Shown one piece after another: positions 37,673-47,246 of a stretch of 62,632 nt of DNA. Where the stretch lies: assembly GCA_949296475.1 (NCBI GenBank), contig CASFOK010000018.1:1-62632 (forward strand), written 5' to 3'. The position numbers and the translations under genes are program-made. How positions within the stretch are numbered: position 1 is the stretch's first letter; every line of letters begins with the position of its first letter. The DNA is from an uncultured Pseudomonadota bacterium (GTDB lineage: Bacteria > Pseudomonadota > Alphaproteobacteria > Rs-D84). Under the pieces are notes generated by a model. It saw only the letters and a list, made by a program, of their open reading frames with translations, had not been told where the DNA came from and did not search any database.

Positions 37673-38128
37673 ATGTCAAAGCAAATACAGATAAGACGAG
37701 GCAGTGCGACGGAACACGAAGACTTCACGGGTGCGCTTGGCGAGGTTACGATGGATACGACGAATAAAACGTTGCGCGTACATGACGGGGAAACGGCGGG
37801 CGGCATAGCCATTGCCAAACAGAATGAGTTGGATAATATAAAAAATTATTTATTAAAAATAGATTTAGATTGGGATAATAAAATTGATTGTGCTAGTACA
37901 GTCAATATAACTATTAATAAAAGTGGTTTTATGTTGTGTCGTGGTTCTACATATTCTTTAGATTGGGTGGAAGCAGATTTTAAAACAGAAATATTACGAG
38001 AGTATATATTATCTAATAACTACACAACAGTTTGGGCACCGGTTTATGAGGGACAACATCTTAAACAACGTCAAAAATCTGAATATAGCACCTCTTTTTT
38101 TATACCGTACAAAAGTATTTCAGAATAA
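37673..38128 (+). CDS. fibre protein with BPP-1 Mtd-like N-terminal domain
   Basis: QIRRGSATEHEDFTGALGEVTMDTTNKTLRVHDGETAGG. Confidence 0.75.
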   Translation: MSKQIQIRRGSATEHEDFTGALGEVTMDTTNKTLRVHDGETAGGIAIAKQNELDNIKNYLLKIDLDWDNKIDCASTVNITINKSGFMLCRGSTYSLDWVEADFKTEILREYILSNNYTTVWAPVYEGQHLKQRQKSEYSTSFFIPYKSISE

Positions 38129-39025
38129 ACACATATAAATATTAAAAATCGTATAATTAGGACAGAACAAAAAAACTCTAAATCGTTTAGTTAATTTTTT
38201 TCTGTCCTGTTTTTTTAAATTTTTTCTTATGTTTTTTTTATAAAAATTGTGAATAATTTTAAACAATTGTTTGTGTTGTATTCTATTAAAAGGCATGTCT
38301 AAATATCGTAATTCGAAGGGTTCGTGTTCTAGAAATTTTGCTAAATGTAAAGAGTGCGATTCCCATAAATTATATTTATTGTAAAAGGAAGTTAAAATAT
38401 TAAACCATTGAGGAATTTGGCTTAAAGTTTTATCACATGATTTTTTTATTTGTAAGTGATTTTGCGCATCATGTTTACGGTAATTATATTTTACATTTGG
38501 TTCAAATGATATTTTTTTTGTAAGAGCCAGCAATTGATGCGAAAATAATCCATCTTCACATGGTTGTAAACCAATAGGGAAAATAATTTCTGGGAATCGC
38601 TTTAAGAACTTATTACGTACAATAAACCCCATACATGGTAAAGCAGCAGGCAGTGGCATGCGATTTTTAAAAGATTTACCTAAAACAACAATATCAGAAT
38701 TTCCTTTTATCGCTGTAAGATAGGCGCGTTCCAAAAAAGTTGGACAGACTGTATCATCAGAATCCATAAAAAATAAAAATTCGCCAGAAGCAAGGCTAAT
38801 TCCTTTATTCCTTGCGCTGGATACACCGCCGTTATTTTGATAAACATACTTGATACGAGAGTCTCGTTTAACATAGTCTAAACATATTTTTTCGCAGTTA
38901 TCGGGGCTTCCATCATTTACTAAGATTAATTCCCAGTCGGTCAGAGTTTGAGAAAGTATGCTATCTATACACTCTGCTAGGTATTTTTCTACATTATAAA
39001 CTGGTACAATAATAGAAATTTTCAT
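38120..39025 (-). CDS. glycosyltransferase family 2
   Basis: ISIIVPVYN, NDGS.D, DSDD. Confidence 0.9.
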   Translation of the reverse strand: MKISIIVPVYNVEKYLAECIDSILSQTLTDWELILVNDGSPDNCEKICLDYVKRDSRIKYVYQNNGGVSSARNKGISLASGEFLFFMDSDDTVCPTFLERAYLTAIKGNSDIVVLGKSFKNRMPLPAALPCMGFIVRNKFLKRFPEIIFPIGLQPCEDGLFSHQLLALTKKISFEPNVKYNYRKHDAQNHLQIKKSCDKTLSQIPQWFNILTSFYNKYNLWESHSLHLAKFLEHEPFELRYLDMPFNRIQHKQLFKIIHNFYKKNIRKNLKKQDRKKLTKRFRVFLFCPNYTIFNIYMCLF

Positions 39026-39972
39026 TGGCGTTTCCTTTGTATCTTTTTGGGGAAAACACGGGTTAAATTATCACAAATATTGTTAATTTCTTTTAAAGAT
39101 ATTTTATATTCTTTTTTTAGTCTTTCGACATCAGAATCAGATATTTCAGTTTTTCGTAAATCTATTGGTGCCTGATAAGGACAAGAGAAAACGGAATAAT
39201 AATCTCTAAATTTATATTCTTTCCCAACGACTCGGTCTGAAAGTAAAATATGTTTGTTTGGAATTCCTAAAGAGTCTGCGCAAATTAATCCGTGCATAGC
39301 AGAAGATAATATAAATTTGCATTGACTTACTTGTTGAACAACTGCAGAAGTAGACTGCTGAATATCAATAAAGCAAAAAGATAGTTTTTTTAATTTTATA
39401 TTTTTTAAGTATGCACTTTTTTTATCTACATAATGACATATTATACCTACATCATATAATTTTTCTTTTTTTCTATTTGTAAAAATACGGTTAATTAATA
39501 GTCCTGGGTCACCTAAAACAACATTTGATAAATCTGAATTTAAAATTTTTTTACAACGTTCTAAAGTTAATTTGCCTCGCAAAGCATGTATTTTTATAGG
39601 TCTGCAAAATTTTTCGTTTTCTGATACGGGCGGCATAATAAATCCGCTACCCCAAATATGTAATAAATTATCGGTATTATTTGTTGGTGTGCTAAGAAAC
39701 GAATCTAAAATAGAACCAATACCGATAAAAGATGCGTTTTTATTTGCGGGTTGTAAGCAAAATTTAACTTTAAAATATTTCATTACATCGATATTTAGCA
39801 TATCGCCAAAATTATTATCTACATACCAAAAGTAGATACGATATTTATAAAAGTACTTCTTGATATAAAAAAAATGAAAATTTTTTAATTTTTTTTTAAC
39901 AAAACTACGTGTATTAGGAAAAGGTATAAATTTACAAATGAAATCTATTAAGAAATTTTTGAAATCAACCAT
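39022..39972 (-). CDS. polysaccharide pyruvyl transferase (ExoV-like)
   Basis: NFGD, GSIL, WGSG, LRG.LT, GDPGLL, SSAMHG, FRDYY. Confidence 0.85.
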   Translation of the reverse strand: MVDFKNFLIDFICKFIPFPNTRSFVKKKLKNFHFFYIKKYFYKYRIYFWYVDNNFGDMLNIDVMKYFKVKFCLQPANKNASFIGIGSILDSFLSTPTNNTDNLLHIWGSGFIMPPVSENEKFCRPIKIHALRGKLTLERCKKILNSDLSNVVLGDPGLLINRIFTNRKKEKLYDVGIICHYVDKKSAYLKNIKLKKLSFCFIDIQQSTSAVVQQVSQCKFILSSAMHGLICADSLGIPNKHILLSDRVVGKEYKFRDYYSVFSCPYQAPIDLRKTEISDSDVERLKKEYKISLKEINNICDNLTRVFPKKIQRKRQ

Positions 39973-41122
39973 TTAAAATCCTTTTTAAATTGTCTATGCT
40001 TTCTTGTTTGATTATGGTTGCGGTTTCGGTTAACTTTGCCCGTTTTTTATCATATTCGGTTTCTGTCATTTCAATTGCTTGTTCCATTGCAGATGCTAAA
40101 TCGCGGTCATATATAATCGCGTTTAAATCATTAAATCTGTAAAAGCCGGCAAATTTTTGGTCTATTACAGGTATTTTTTTAAATCCGTATATTAATTGTG
40201 CAGAACCTGTTACGCCTGTCGTGATATAGCGTTCGTGCTCTTTTACGTCTGGGTCAAGTAAAGGCAGGAAAAAGTCGGCTTGTTCCATATAGTTAAACAT
40301 TTCTGGAAACTTTAAGCGACCGGTTATCGTTATATAAGGACGTATATTTTCTGGCAAATGTTCTATTTGTCCATTCCCTATGGCAATAACGCGAAAATGT
40401 TTGTGTTTATTAGCCAAAATTTCTAACGCGTTTATAAGCGTATTAAAATTTTTCCTTTTGGCCTCTACCTTACCTACGATTATAAACGTAGTGATTTTAT
40501 TTTTAGGTAACACTCTTACCTTACCAAAATCATGCGGATTTATAAAAATGCCTTTATCAAATTTTCCTAAAGTAATTATCCGATTTTCTTTCAACTCATT
40601 TTCTTCTGAAAATATTGCGATATCTTTTAAGTCGTGTTCTATTATATAAGGTTTTAATTGTGCTCTTTTAAAATATGGTAATAAAGTACAATAATCTTGG
40701 TGTTTGTTAGGTTTCGTTTTATAATAAGCACTAGACATTAAAAAAATATGTTTATATTTTTTCATATGTTTACTATTTATAATTGCGCGTATTGTGGTCG
40801 GACTTGATTTATAAATTCTTATGCCGCGCATGTTGTGACGACAAAATGGCTTTTCTTCGTGTACAGTTTTGTTAATTACGATATCTATATTATACCCTTT
40901 ATTTTGCAAGTAAGGAATAAAGCCAGAGATAACTTCGCCATGGCAATTATTGAATTCTATTAAACATATATTATTCGGTCTCGTTCTAGAAGAAATAAAG
41001 AACAAAAATTGTGTGATTGCATAGATGTCATATTTCATTATTGCACGTTTTATTTTACGGCGCGTTTCAGGAAAGGGTATTAATAAACCGATGATGTTAG
41101 AAATAATTTTTTGTGTGTGCAT
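39965..41122 (-). CDS. glycosyltransferase (GT-B/GT4-like)
   Basis: VGK..KRKN, ITGRL, ADFF; operon context. Confidence 0.65.
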   Translation of the reverse strand: MHTQKIISNIIGLLIPFPETRRKIKRAIMKYDIYAITQFLFFISSRTRPNNICLIEFNNCHGEVISGFIPYLQNKGYNIDIVINKTVHEEKPFCRHNMRGIRIYKSSPTTIRAIINSKHMKKYKHIFLMSSAYYKTKPNKHQDYCTLLPYFKRAQLKPYIIEHDLKDIAIFSEENELKENRIITLGKFDKGIFINPHDFGKVRVLPKNKITTFIIVGKVEAKRKNFNTLINALEILANKHKHFRVIAIGNGQIEHLPENIRPYITITGRLKFPEMFNYMEQADFFLPLLDPDVKEHERYITTGVTGSAQLIYGFKKIPVIDQKFAGFYRFNDLNAIIYDRDLASAMEQAIEMTETEYDKKRAKLTETATIIKQESIDNLKRILNG

Positions 41123-41123
41123 T

Positions 41124-42137
41124 TTATCCTCTTTTATAAGATGCTACTTGTATACCGCAGAAGTAAATACGTCTATAACCATCTGAAAAACGTTTTTTAC
41201 TGAAGAAAAATAGATTTTTAGGTTTTTTTATAAAACTTTCATATTCATTATTCAAAATTGCTTTTGTTTTTTTTCTGCCAAAAGTTTTCATTAAAAATTT
41301 TTTTGATATGTTTGCATTTACCAACCAGTTAAACAATAGTTTCCTATCGTCGCCGTTATCAAAGTTTTTATTAAATGTGTAGCAAAAATTATCAAGTATA
41401 TGTTTACTTATGAATAAATTTCTATCGGATTCTGCTGAAAAAGTGTTTTCTCGTAAGATATCCAGCTTGTAATTAAGCATATTTATTCGTGATAGTACTT
41501 TATTATGTGTAAGCGTTTTAGAATCTAATGAATCTGTTCTGTTGACATAATGATAGAAAACGTCGTTTTGAATGACTAACGAAGGTTTTAAAACTACAAG
41601 TTTTGATAAAAAAGCAGAGTCTTGACCTGTCATAATATTGTCTGGATAAATAAGTTTGTTTTTCGTTAAAAATGTTTTTTTATATATAGCCGACCAATGT
41701 TCAGCACAAAAATGAAAGATATTTTCAGGTATCATAGCATTTAGTATGCTTTTACGTATACTTGTGTCGTTATATATTAACACATTTCCTTTTATTATAT
41801 CTGCTTTTGTTTGTATTGCGGCGTTATATAATTTTTCATAAAAATCTAAGTCAACATAATCATCAGGGTCAACGAAACTTACATATGTGCCCCTAGATTT
41901 TTTTAACCCATCATTTCTCGCAATTGCCACGCCTTGATTTTTTTGTTTTTTTATTACTTGGATTCGTTTGTCTTTTCTCGCATAATCACGTAAAATTTTT
42001 AATGTATTATCATTTGATTTATCATCTATACAGATAATTTCAATATCTTTCAGAGTTTGATGTGTCAGACTTTCAAGGCATCTCTTGACATATTTTTCTA
42101 CGTTATAACACGGAACTATAACAGATACTTTAGGCAT
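41124..42137 (-). CDS. glycosyltransferase family 2
   Basis: VSVIVPCYN, DDKSND, DPDD. Confidence 0.9.
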   Translation of the reverse strand: MPKVSVIVPCYNVEKYVKRCLESLTHQTLKDIEIICIDDKSNDNTLKILRDYARKDKRIQVIKKQKNQGVAIARNDGLKKSRGTYVSFVDPDDYVDLDFYEKLYNAAIQTKADIIKGNVLIYNDTSIRKSILNAMIPENIFHFCAEHWSAIYKKTFLTKNKLIYPDNIMTGQDSAFLSKLVVLKPSLVIQNDVFYHYVNRTDSLDSKTLTHNKVLSRINMLNYKLDILRENTFSAESDRNLFISKHILDNFCYTFNKNFDNGDDRKLLFNWLVNANISKKFLMKTFGRKKTKAILNNEYESFIKKPKNLFFFSKKRFSDGYRRIYFCGIQVASYKRG

Positions 42138-42289
42138 GACACATCCTTAAAAAATTTGTTTGGGGCGGACGTTCAAACAATCAGAAACAACTCTGATCCC
42201 GCATGCTTTCAATATATGACATGCGCATCCACCCATCTTGCATTGTTGATTCCAATTGATAAAGAAAAACCGCACATCAAACATGGCGG

Positions 42290-42464
42290 TCGGGAAGTTA
42301 GAAACGTCACTTGTGCCAGATGACCCCGTTTGGTTTTCGGGCAAGACCCTGTTGTATGACCAACGGCTTCCCGACGAATTTGCCGGGATGACGATGCGAA
42401 ACGCATCGCCTTTTGTTAACGATGCTGTCGCACCGAACACAAAGTGGGAGTTTCTAAGTCCCGA
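42290..42464 (-). ncRNA. ssrS: structured RNA, probable 6S RNA
   Basis: Long closing rod (CGGGAC-TTAGAAAC..GTTTCTAA-CTTCCCG); GTGTTCG, GGCG..CCCGG..CGGGAAGCC and GGCAC in 6S-like order; promoter upstream; terminator 42261-42290; G-U pairs favour the minus strand. Confidence 0.5.
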
Positions 42465-42492
42465 ACTTCAATAACAATTGAAATTCGGTCTT

Positions 42493-42521
42493 ATTCTAGG
42501 ATATAAGTCTTATATTGTAAA
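42493..42521 (-). promoter_or_regulatory. sigma70-type promoter
   Basis: TTTACA-17-TAGAAT. Confidence 0.65.
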
Positions 42522-42555
42522 GGAAAAAATCCCCGCCGTTAAAGAGTCGGGAAAA

Positions 42556-43347
42556 TCAAAATGCATACGGTTTTGATTGGAAATATTCTTGGGATTGTTG
42601 AATGTTTCGGGCGACGTCCGATGACCAACGACCCATGTCCGACAATTCCAAAGATCCATAATATGCCGTCATAATTGGATCATAAGAGTTATTCGTCGTT
42701 ATCCACTTATCCGTTCCAGAATTTGGCGCCCCATATTTATCCAAGACGTTCTGCCAAAATACAAGAATTTTTTTCTGTCGTTGATTTTCAAATTTTTCGT
42801 TTGCGCCTTCTATTTCATTTACATCGTTGTTATATACAACCTTCCATACGACATTATCCGTTGCATTGCTGGTAAAGTATATATCTATGGTTTCACCCGT
42901 GTTTTCGCGAACCAAGTGTACTTCTGACGCGTATAACAAGCCACGGTCTTTTGCCAGAGTGTTTATACATTGTTCCAATTCTGATGTTGCGATTATACCT
43001 TCTTGTCTGCATTCATAGTCCAAATTGTACCGCCAATCTTTTTGAATGGTATATATTATACTGTCTTTTTCGCGCGGTGAATATAAACCCTTGCTTTTAA
43101 AGAACAAGTTGTCAATGTCTTCAAACGACATTCCCAACATTATTCCTGCGATATCAAAGCCGCCTACGTTTACGGATTGGGCACCAGAATTTAATGTGAC
43201 AGAAGTTGTCGTCAAATCGGCGTCATCACTTTCTACGATTGTAAAGTCGTCAAAGTTTACCGATCCGTCCGTTGCACAAAAAACAGAAGTAATACTTGCT
43301 TGGTACAAGCATATCATTGTTATAAAAAGTTTAATTGTTTTTTTCAT
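42556..43347 (-). CDS. secreted hypothetical protein in T4SS-like operon
   Basis: Signal peptide; 5 bp after the VirB8-like gene. Confidence 0.7.
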   Translation of the reverse strand: MKKTIKLFITMICLYQASITSVFCATDGSVNFDDFTIVESDDADLTTTSVTLNSGAQSVNVGGFDIAGIMLGMSFEDIDNLFFKSKGLYSPREKDSIIYTIQKDWRYNLDYECRQEGIIATSELEQCINTLAKDRGLLYASEVHLVRENTGETIDIYFTSNATDNVVWKVVYNNDVNEIEGANEKFENQRQKKILVFWQNVLDKYGAPNSGTDKWITTNNSYDPIMTAYYGSLELSDMGRWSSDVARNIQQSQEYFQSKPYAF

Positions 43348-43352
43348 ATCTT

Positions 43353-44000
43353 TTATCTTTGTATTACTTCGTTAACTTTGAAATTATAAATAGCGACGGG
43401 GTCATTTCCTTGTTCTAAATATTTATGTATTTCTTTCATTTCTACGTTTGGTATGATGCCGGGTTCATAATATATTTGCAAGAACAAAGTTCCACGACTT
43501 ACCGTCGGTTTAATGTCAAAATCATTAGGCTTTTCCCATGTTAGTAATTCATAATTAACAATCCAATAATTGCCGTCTGTTGGTTTATAAATTTCGTCTA
43601 TAACGTGGGCGATGCGCATAGCCTTCTTTTCTGCCAGTTTTTCAATCAAAGGTTCTTCTGTTGCCAACCAGTTTGTAAAAACGCTGTTTGAAGACATCAT
43701 ATAAATTGGATTTGAACGCGTTTTTAGTGTTCTGCGGGCCACATTTTCACTGTCTGGGATTACATAAAAGTATTCTGTGACAAACTTTTTTATCAATATG
43801 TCTAAAAACTTGCTGTCGCCGATTTCTTCTGCGGTTAGTGGTTTGCCGGGTCTTAGTTCAGATAAATAGTTTGGTTGAAAGAAATACGGTTGCACAGTAT
43901 TTTCTTTACTGGCATCATAAATTGCGCCCGTTAAGTACAGCGTTCCGAACGTCAGCACAAGTAATATTATACCAGCAAAAAACATAATTACTTTTTTCAT
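43353..44000 (-). CDS. VirB8-like bitopic protein
   Basis: N-terminal TM, KKFVTEYF..., MSS..VF..W, YW.V.Y, C-terminal NDP..YNFKV. Confidence 0.5.
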   Translation of the reverse strand: MKKVIMFFAGIILLVLTFGTLYLTGAIYDASKENTVQPYFFQPNYLSELRPGKPLTAEEIGDSKFLDILIKKFVTEYFYVIPDSENVARRTLKTRSNPIYMMSSNSVFTNWLATEEPLIEKLAEKKAMRIAHVIDEIYKPTDGNYWIVNYELLTWEKPNDFDIKPTVSRGTLFLQIYYEPGIIPNVEMKEIHKYLEQGNDPVAIYNFKVNEVIQR

Positions 44001-44701
44001 CAGTTTATCTTATACGCGTTAAAATCGTTAATGTAATACCCAAACGTTTGGGGGTAATTTAGTGTATCGCGTGCAACCTTTGCAAAAGCGACAATATCTA
44101 TATCCCCAGATGTATTAGATTGTATTGTTACCATGACCCTCCACGTTCCACCCAGTTCAGAAAATTGTGCCATTGGTTCAATAGATATTGAGGCTTTGTC
44201 TACAACCCATCTTTCGCCGTTTTGGACGCGTTGTTCATAGTCCGGTATCATGTTTTGTGTGAAATAGTTAAAGATATTTTCGCCAGATGCACAAAACAAG
44301 GCACATTTTTTATTACTATAAGATGCATTGGATTGATTGATACACTTTTCTTGTCTATTACACGCCTGCCATAAAGACTCGTTCGCGTTTGCATCGGTAG
44401 ATATCGTAAACCAGTTGATTGTAAAGTTACCTACTACTGCTTCTTGGACGGCGCGCATTGGCATGTATTCAATTGGTGCCCCACCATGGGAATGACCAAC
44501 GACCGTCCATTGTCCTGTAAAGTCATCTATGGATACGATAAAGGGGTCTATTGACTTTGATCGTACAGACCAGAATATCAGACCGCACAAAAATAAAACC
44601 AACAAAAATGAAACCATGATACCAATAGACATAAATCGGGAAACGGCAATACGTTTACCCGCTGGGAACGCCGGGGTTTCAAAGTTGCTGGGGTATTCCA
44701 A
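44000..44701 (-). CDS. VirB8-like bitopic protein
   Basis: N-terminal TM, PFIVSIDD.TG, E..VGNF..NW, C-terminal YPQTFGYYI.DF. Confidence 0.55.
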   Translation of the reverse strand: MEYPSNFETPAFPAGKRIAVSRFMSIGIMVSFLLVLFLCGLIFWSVRSKSIDPFIVSIDDFTGQWTVVGHSHGGAPIEYMPMRAVQEAVVGNFTINWFTISTDANANESLWQACNRQEKCINQSNASYSNKKCALFCASGENIFNYFTQNMIPDYEQRVQNGERWVVDKASISIEPMAQFSELGGTWRVMVTIQSNTSGDIDIVAFAKVARDTLNYPQTFGYYINDFNAYKIN

Positions 44702-44731
44702 TTATTTTCCCTCCTGTTAAAAGGCGCTTGG

Positions 44732-44878
44732 TTAAGCCTGGTATACCATTATGCATGCGCAGGGGCTTAACTTTAATTCGTTGTTGTCGTATCCGACGCC
44801 CACTGGTTCACGGTCATAAATTTGTCCGCAACCTGCCAACACTAACGCTACAAAAAAACCAAGAATTACTTTTTTCAT
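44732..44878 (-). CDS. small lipoprotein, VirB7-like (missed by ORF track)
   Basis: MKKVILGFFVALVLAGCGQIYDREPVGVGYDNNELKLSPCACIMVYQA; GGGGG RBS. Confidence 0.65.
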   Translation of the reverse strand: MKKVILGFFVALVLAGCGQIYDREPVGVGYDNNELKLSPCACIMVYQA

Positions 44879-44971
44879 ATTTTCCCCCTTGATTAATAGA
44901 ATTATAAGAAAAATTCATTTAACGCGTCAAGCCTAAAAGAAAACTATCGCGTATAAAAACGCAACATTTTC

Positions 44972-47245
44972 CTAGAACTGTGTTTCAAACGACAGTAAGA
45001 ATCTTTGTTCCCTATCATATTTTGTCATCTTCAGCGGCCAACCCCAACTGAAATTCATCGGTCCCATAGGTGTGTTCCAATAAACGCCGACGCCGACGGA
45101 TGTACGCAAGTCATCATCAATATCATTTGGGCGTCCTGCAAAATAATATTCTTCTTTTGGTGGTTTACCCAGTATACCATAATCAAAGAAAACAAATCCT
45201 TTTACTTGATATTCGTCAGGTATAAATATCGGGAAATTTAATTGTGTTGAACCGTTGATTTTCCATAATCCGCCCAAAGAATAGGTTGTATAGTACCAAT
45301 TTCGCGATCCAACGCCGGCGATATCAAAACCGCGCAACGACTCCCCGCCCAAGAAGTAACGATAAACACGCGATATATAATCGCCGTCAATCGGTTGCAA
45401 CAACCCAAAGTCCAACGAAGATCGCAACTGCCATCTGTCGTCCCAGAATTTTACCATACCGACTATATCCGCGCTATAACGCATATAGGTTTCTGTGCCG
45501 CCAAAGCCGGTATACCCAATTCCTATGTTGCTTACCACGCCGGTGTGTGTGTTTTGTTCAAAGTTAGTATTCAAGTTATAATACCTAAAGTAAGTGCTAA
45601 GTGTATATAGGTTTGCATCGTGCCAGCCGTTTGGCGATTGTAAGTCATAGTTTTGATCAAACGCAGCAGACAGCCTTACGTTTTGTGACCAGTGGTCTGT
45701 CAATCGCCAACCCAGTCTGCCTGAAACGCTGAATGAATCACGGTCGTATCCGAAACCGCCCAGTGACGAATAGTCATACATTGTATAAGATACATCAACC
45801 CCCCCAGACAGTTTGCGACCGAATAAATAAGGCTCTGTAAAACTAAACAATGCTTGTTTTTGATACTGTGCAATAGACCCGCGTAATTGTACTACTTGAC
45901 CGCGTCCCATAAAGTTGTTTTCTGTAATACCGGCATCTACCATGAAACCGTTGATGTTGGACCAACCAAAGCCGCCCGATAGTTCACCTGTTGGTTGTTC
46001 TTCTACTTTTATGTCCAGGTTCATCATATTTGCGTCTGCAACGCGACTGGGTACCATCTGGACGTCTTTAAAGTACCTTGTTCGCATCAAGTTTTGGCGA
46101 CCTTCTTCAATCGTTTGCAGTGAAAAGGGGTCGCCCGAGCGCATCGGTATCAGTTGTTCTATGACCGTATCAAAAGTACGAACGTTTCCTAAAATATTTA
46201 TATTATTCAAATAAATACGATTAGTTTTTTGAATTTTAAATTCTAAATCTATGGTACGTTCATCGTCGTTTTTAGTTGGTATAGGGTCAACAGTTATAAA
46301 CGCATAACCGTGATCGCCGACAGTTCCGCGCAACGCAGAAATAGTTTGATCAACTTCATCAATATTATAAACGTCACCCTTGGACATAACAACCGCGTCA
46401 TATAATTCTTCGTCTGGTACATCTGGGAAAGGGTTGTTTATCTTGATGTTACCGATTTTATATTTTTCACCTTCGTCTACGGTAAATGTAACAGAGTAAT
46501 ATTGGCGATCCGGCGTGAAAACGCCATTTGTTTCTTTGACTTGGAAGTCCACATAACCGTTTCTCATATAAAACTGACGCAACATTTGTTCGTCGTATTT
46601 AATTCTATCTTCGTCAAATACATCAAACTGCGTCATGAAACGCCACCAAGCGTGTTCGCGAGATAAAATTTCACCTCGTAATGTTCTGTCGCTAAACTTT
46701 TTATTTCCTTCAAATTTAATGTCGGTTATATATGTTGGATGTCCTTCGGTGATTTCATAAACGATGTTAACGCGGTTATTTTCCAGTTCAATTTTCTTAG
46801 GATTTATTTGCGTACCAAAGAATCCTTTGCGTTGATATATCGTCAGCATTCTTTGTACGTCACCGCCGATGACAGACTCGTCATACGAAGAACGTTCTTT
46901 CATGCGAAGTTCTTTTTTCAAGTCGTCTGTTGAAATTTCATCGTTACCTTCTACTGTTACCATATTGACGATAGGCGATTCTTGAATGTCTATTTTTAGC
47001 ACGTCACCGGACATGCGAACATTAATTTTTGAAAAGTACCCGCTTTCTTGCAGTTTTTTTGCGATTTGATTGGCGCGTTCAGTACCGACGTTGTCCCCGA
47101 CCTTAACGTCAGCCAGTATGCGTATAGATTCCGCATCCATTCGTTGATTGCCGATTACATCTATTCTTGATACTGTCGCGGCGTTCGCCCCCGGCAGCGC
47201 CAACATAGAGCAGGTTATAAAAAATAAAGCATTTTGTTTTTTCAT
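44972..47245 (-). CDS. bamA: outer membrane protein assembly factor BamA
   Basis: POTRA repeats, LRGF, WNTPMGP, C-terminal F. Confidence 0.96.
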   Translation of the reverse strand: MKKQNALFFITCSMLALPGANAATVSRIDVIGNQRMDAESIRILADVKVGDNVGTERANQIAKKLQESGYFSKINVRMSGDVLKIDIQESPIVNMVTVEGNDEISTDDLKKELRMKERSSYDESVIGGDVQRMLTIYQRKGFFGTQINPKKIELENNRVNIVYEITEGHPTYITDIKFEGNKKFSDRTLRGEILSREHAWWRFMTQFDVFDEDRIKYDEQMLRQFYMRNGYVDFQVKETNGVFTPDRQYYSVTFTVDEGEKYKIGNIKINNPFPDVPDEELYDAVVMSKGDVYNIDEVDQTISALRGTVGDHGYAFITVDPIPTKNDDERTIDLEFKIQKTNRIYLNNINILGNVRTFDTVIEQLIPMRSGDPFSLQTIEEGRQNLMRTRYFKDVQMVPSRVADANMMNLDIKVEEQPTGELSGGFGWSNINGFMVDAGITENNFMGRGQVVQLRGSIAQYQKQALFSFTEPYLFGRKLSGGVDVSYTMYDYSSLGGFGYDRDSFSVSGRLGWRLTDHWSQNVRLSAAFDQNYDLQSPNGWHDANLYTLSTYFRYYNLNTNFEQNTHTGVVSNIGIGYTGFGGTETYMRYSADIVGMVKFWDDRWQLRSSLDFGLLQPIDGDYISRVYRYFLGGESLRGFDIAGVGSRNWYYTTYSLGGLWKINGSTQLNFPIFIPDEYQVKGFVFFDYGILGKPPKEEYYFAGRPNDIDDDLRTSVGVGVYWNTPMGPMNFSWGWPLKMTKYDREQRFLLSFETQF

Positions 47246-47246
47246 G

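Larger units (their letters stand above)
24176..38128 (+). mobile_element. domesticated podovirus-type virion gene cluster (GTA-like candidate)
   Basis: Lysin, holin, scaffold, capsid, tail tube A/B, fibre, terminase and portal genes; no integrase, att sites or phage polymerase/primase seen; host genes interleaved. Confidence 0.75.

Noticed and set aside
24176-38128. Intact inducible prophage
   Set aside because: No integrase, att sites or phage replication genes; the terminase is interrupted by host-type dnaB.
37673-38128. Diversity-generating retroelement targeting the Mtd-like gene
   Set aside because: No reverse transcriptase or template/variable repeat pair in the window; the C-terminus is too short for the Mtd lectin domain.
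38120-42137. Phase-variable homopolymer tracts in glycosyltransferases
   Set aside because: A/T runs are as expected in such AT-rich DNA and all frames are intact.
42147-42474. Small ORFs in the structured region
   Set aside because: Better explained as RNA structure; no RBS or motifs.
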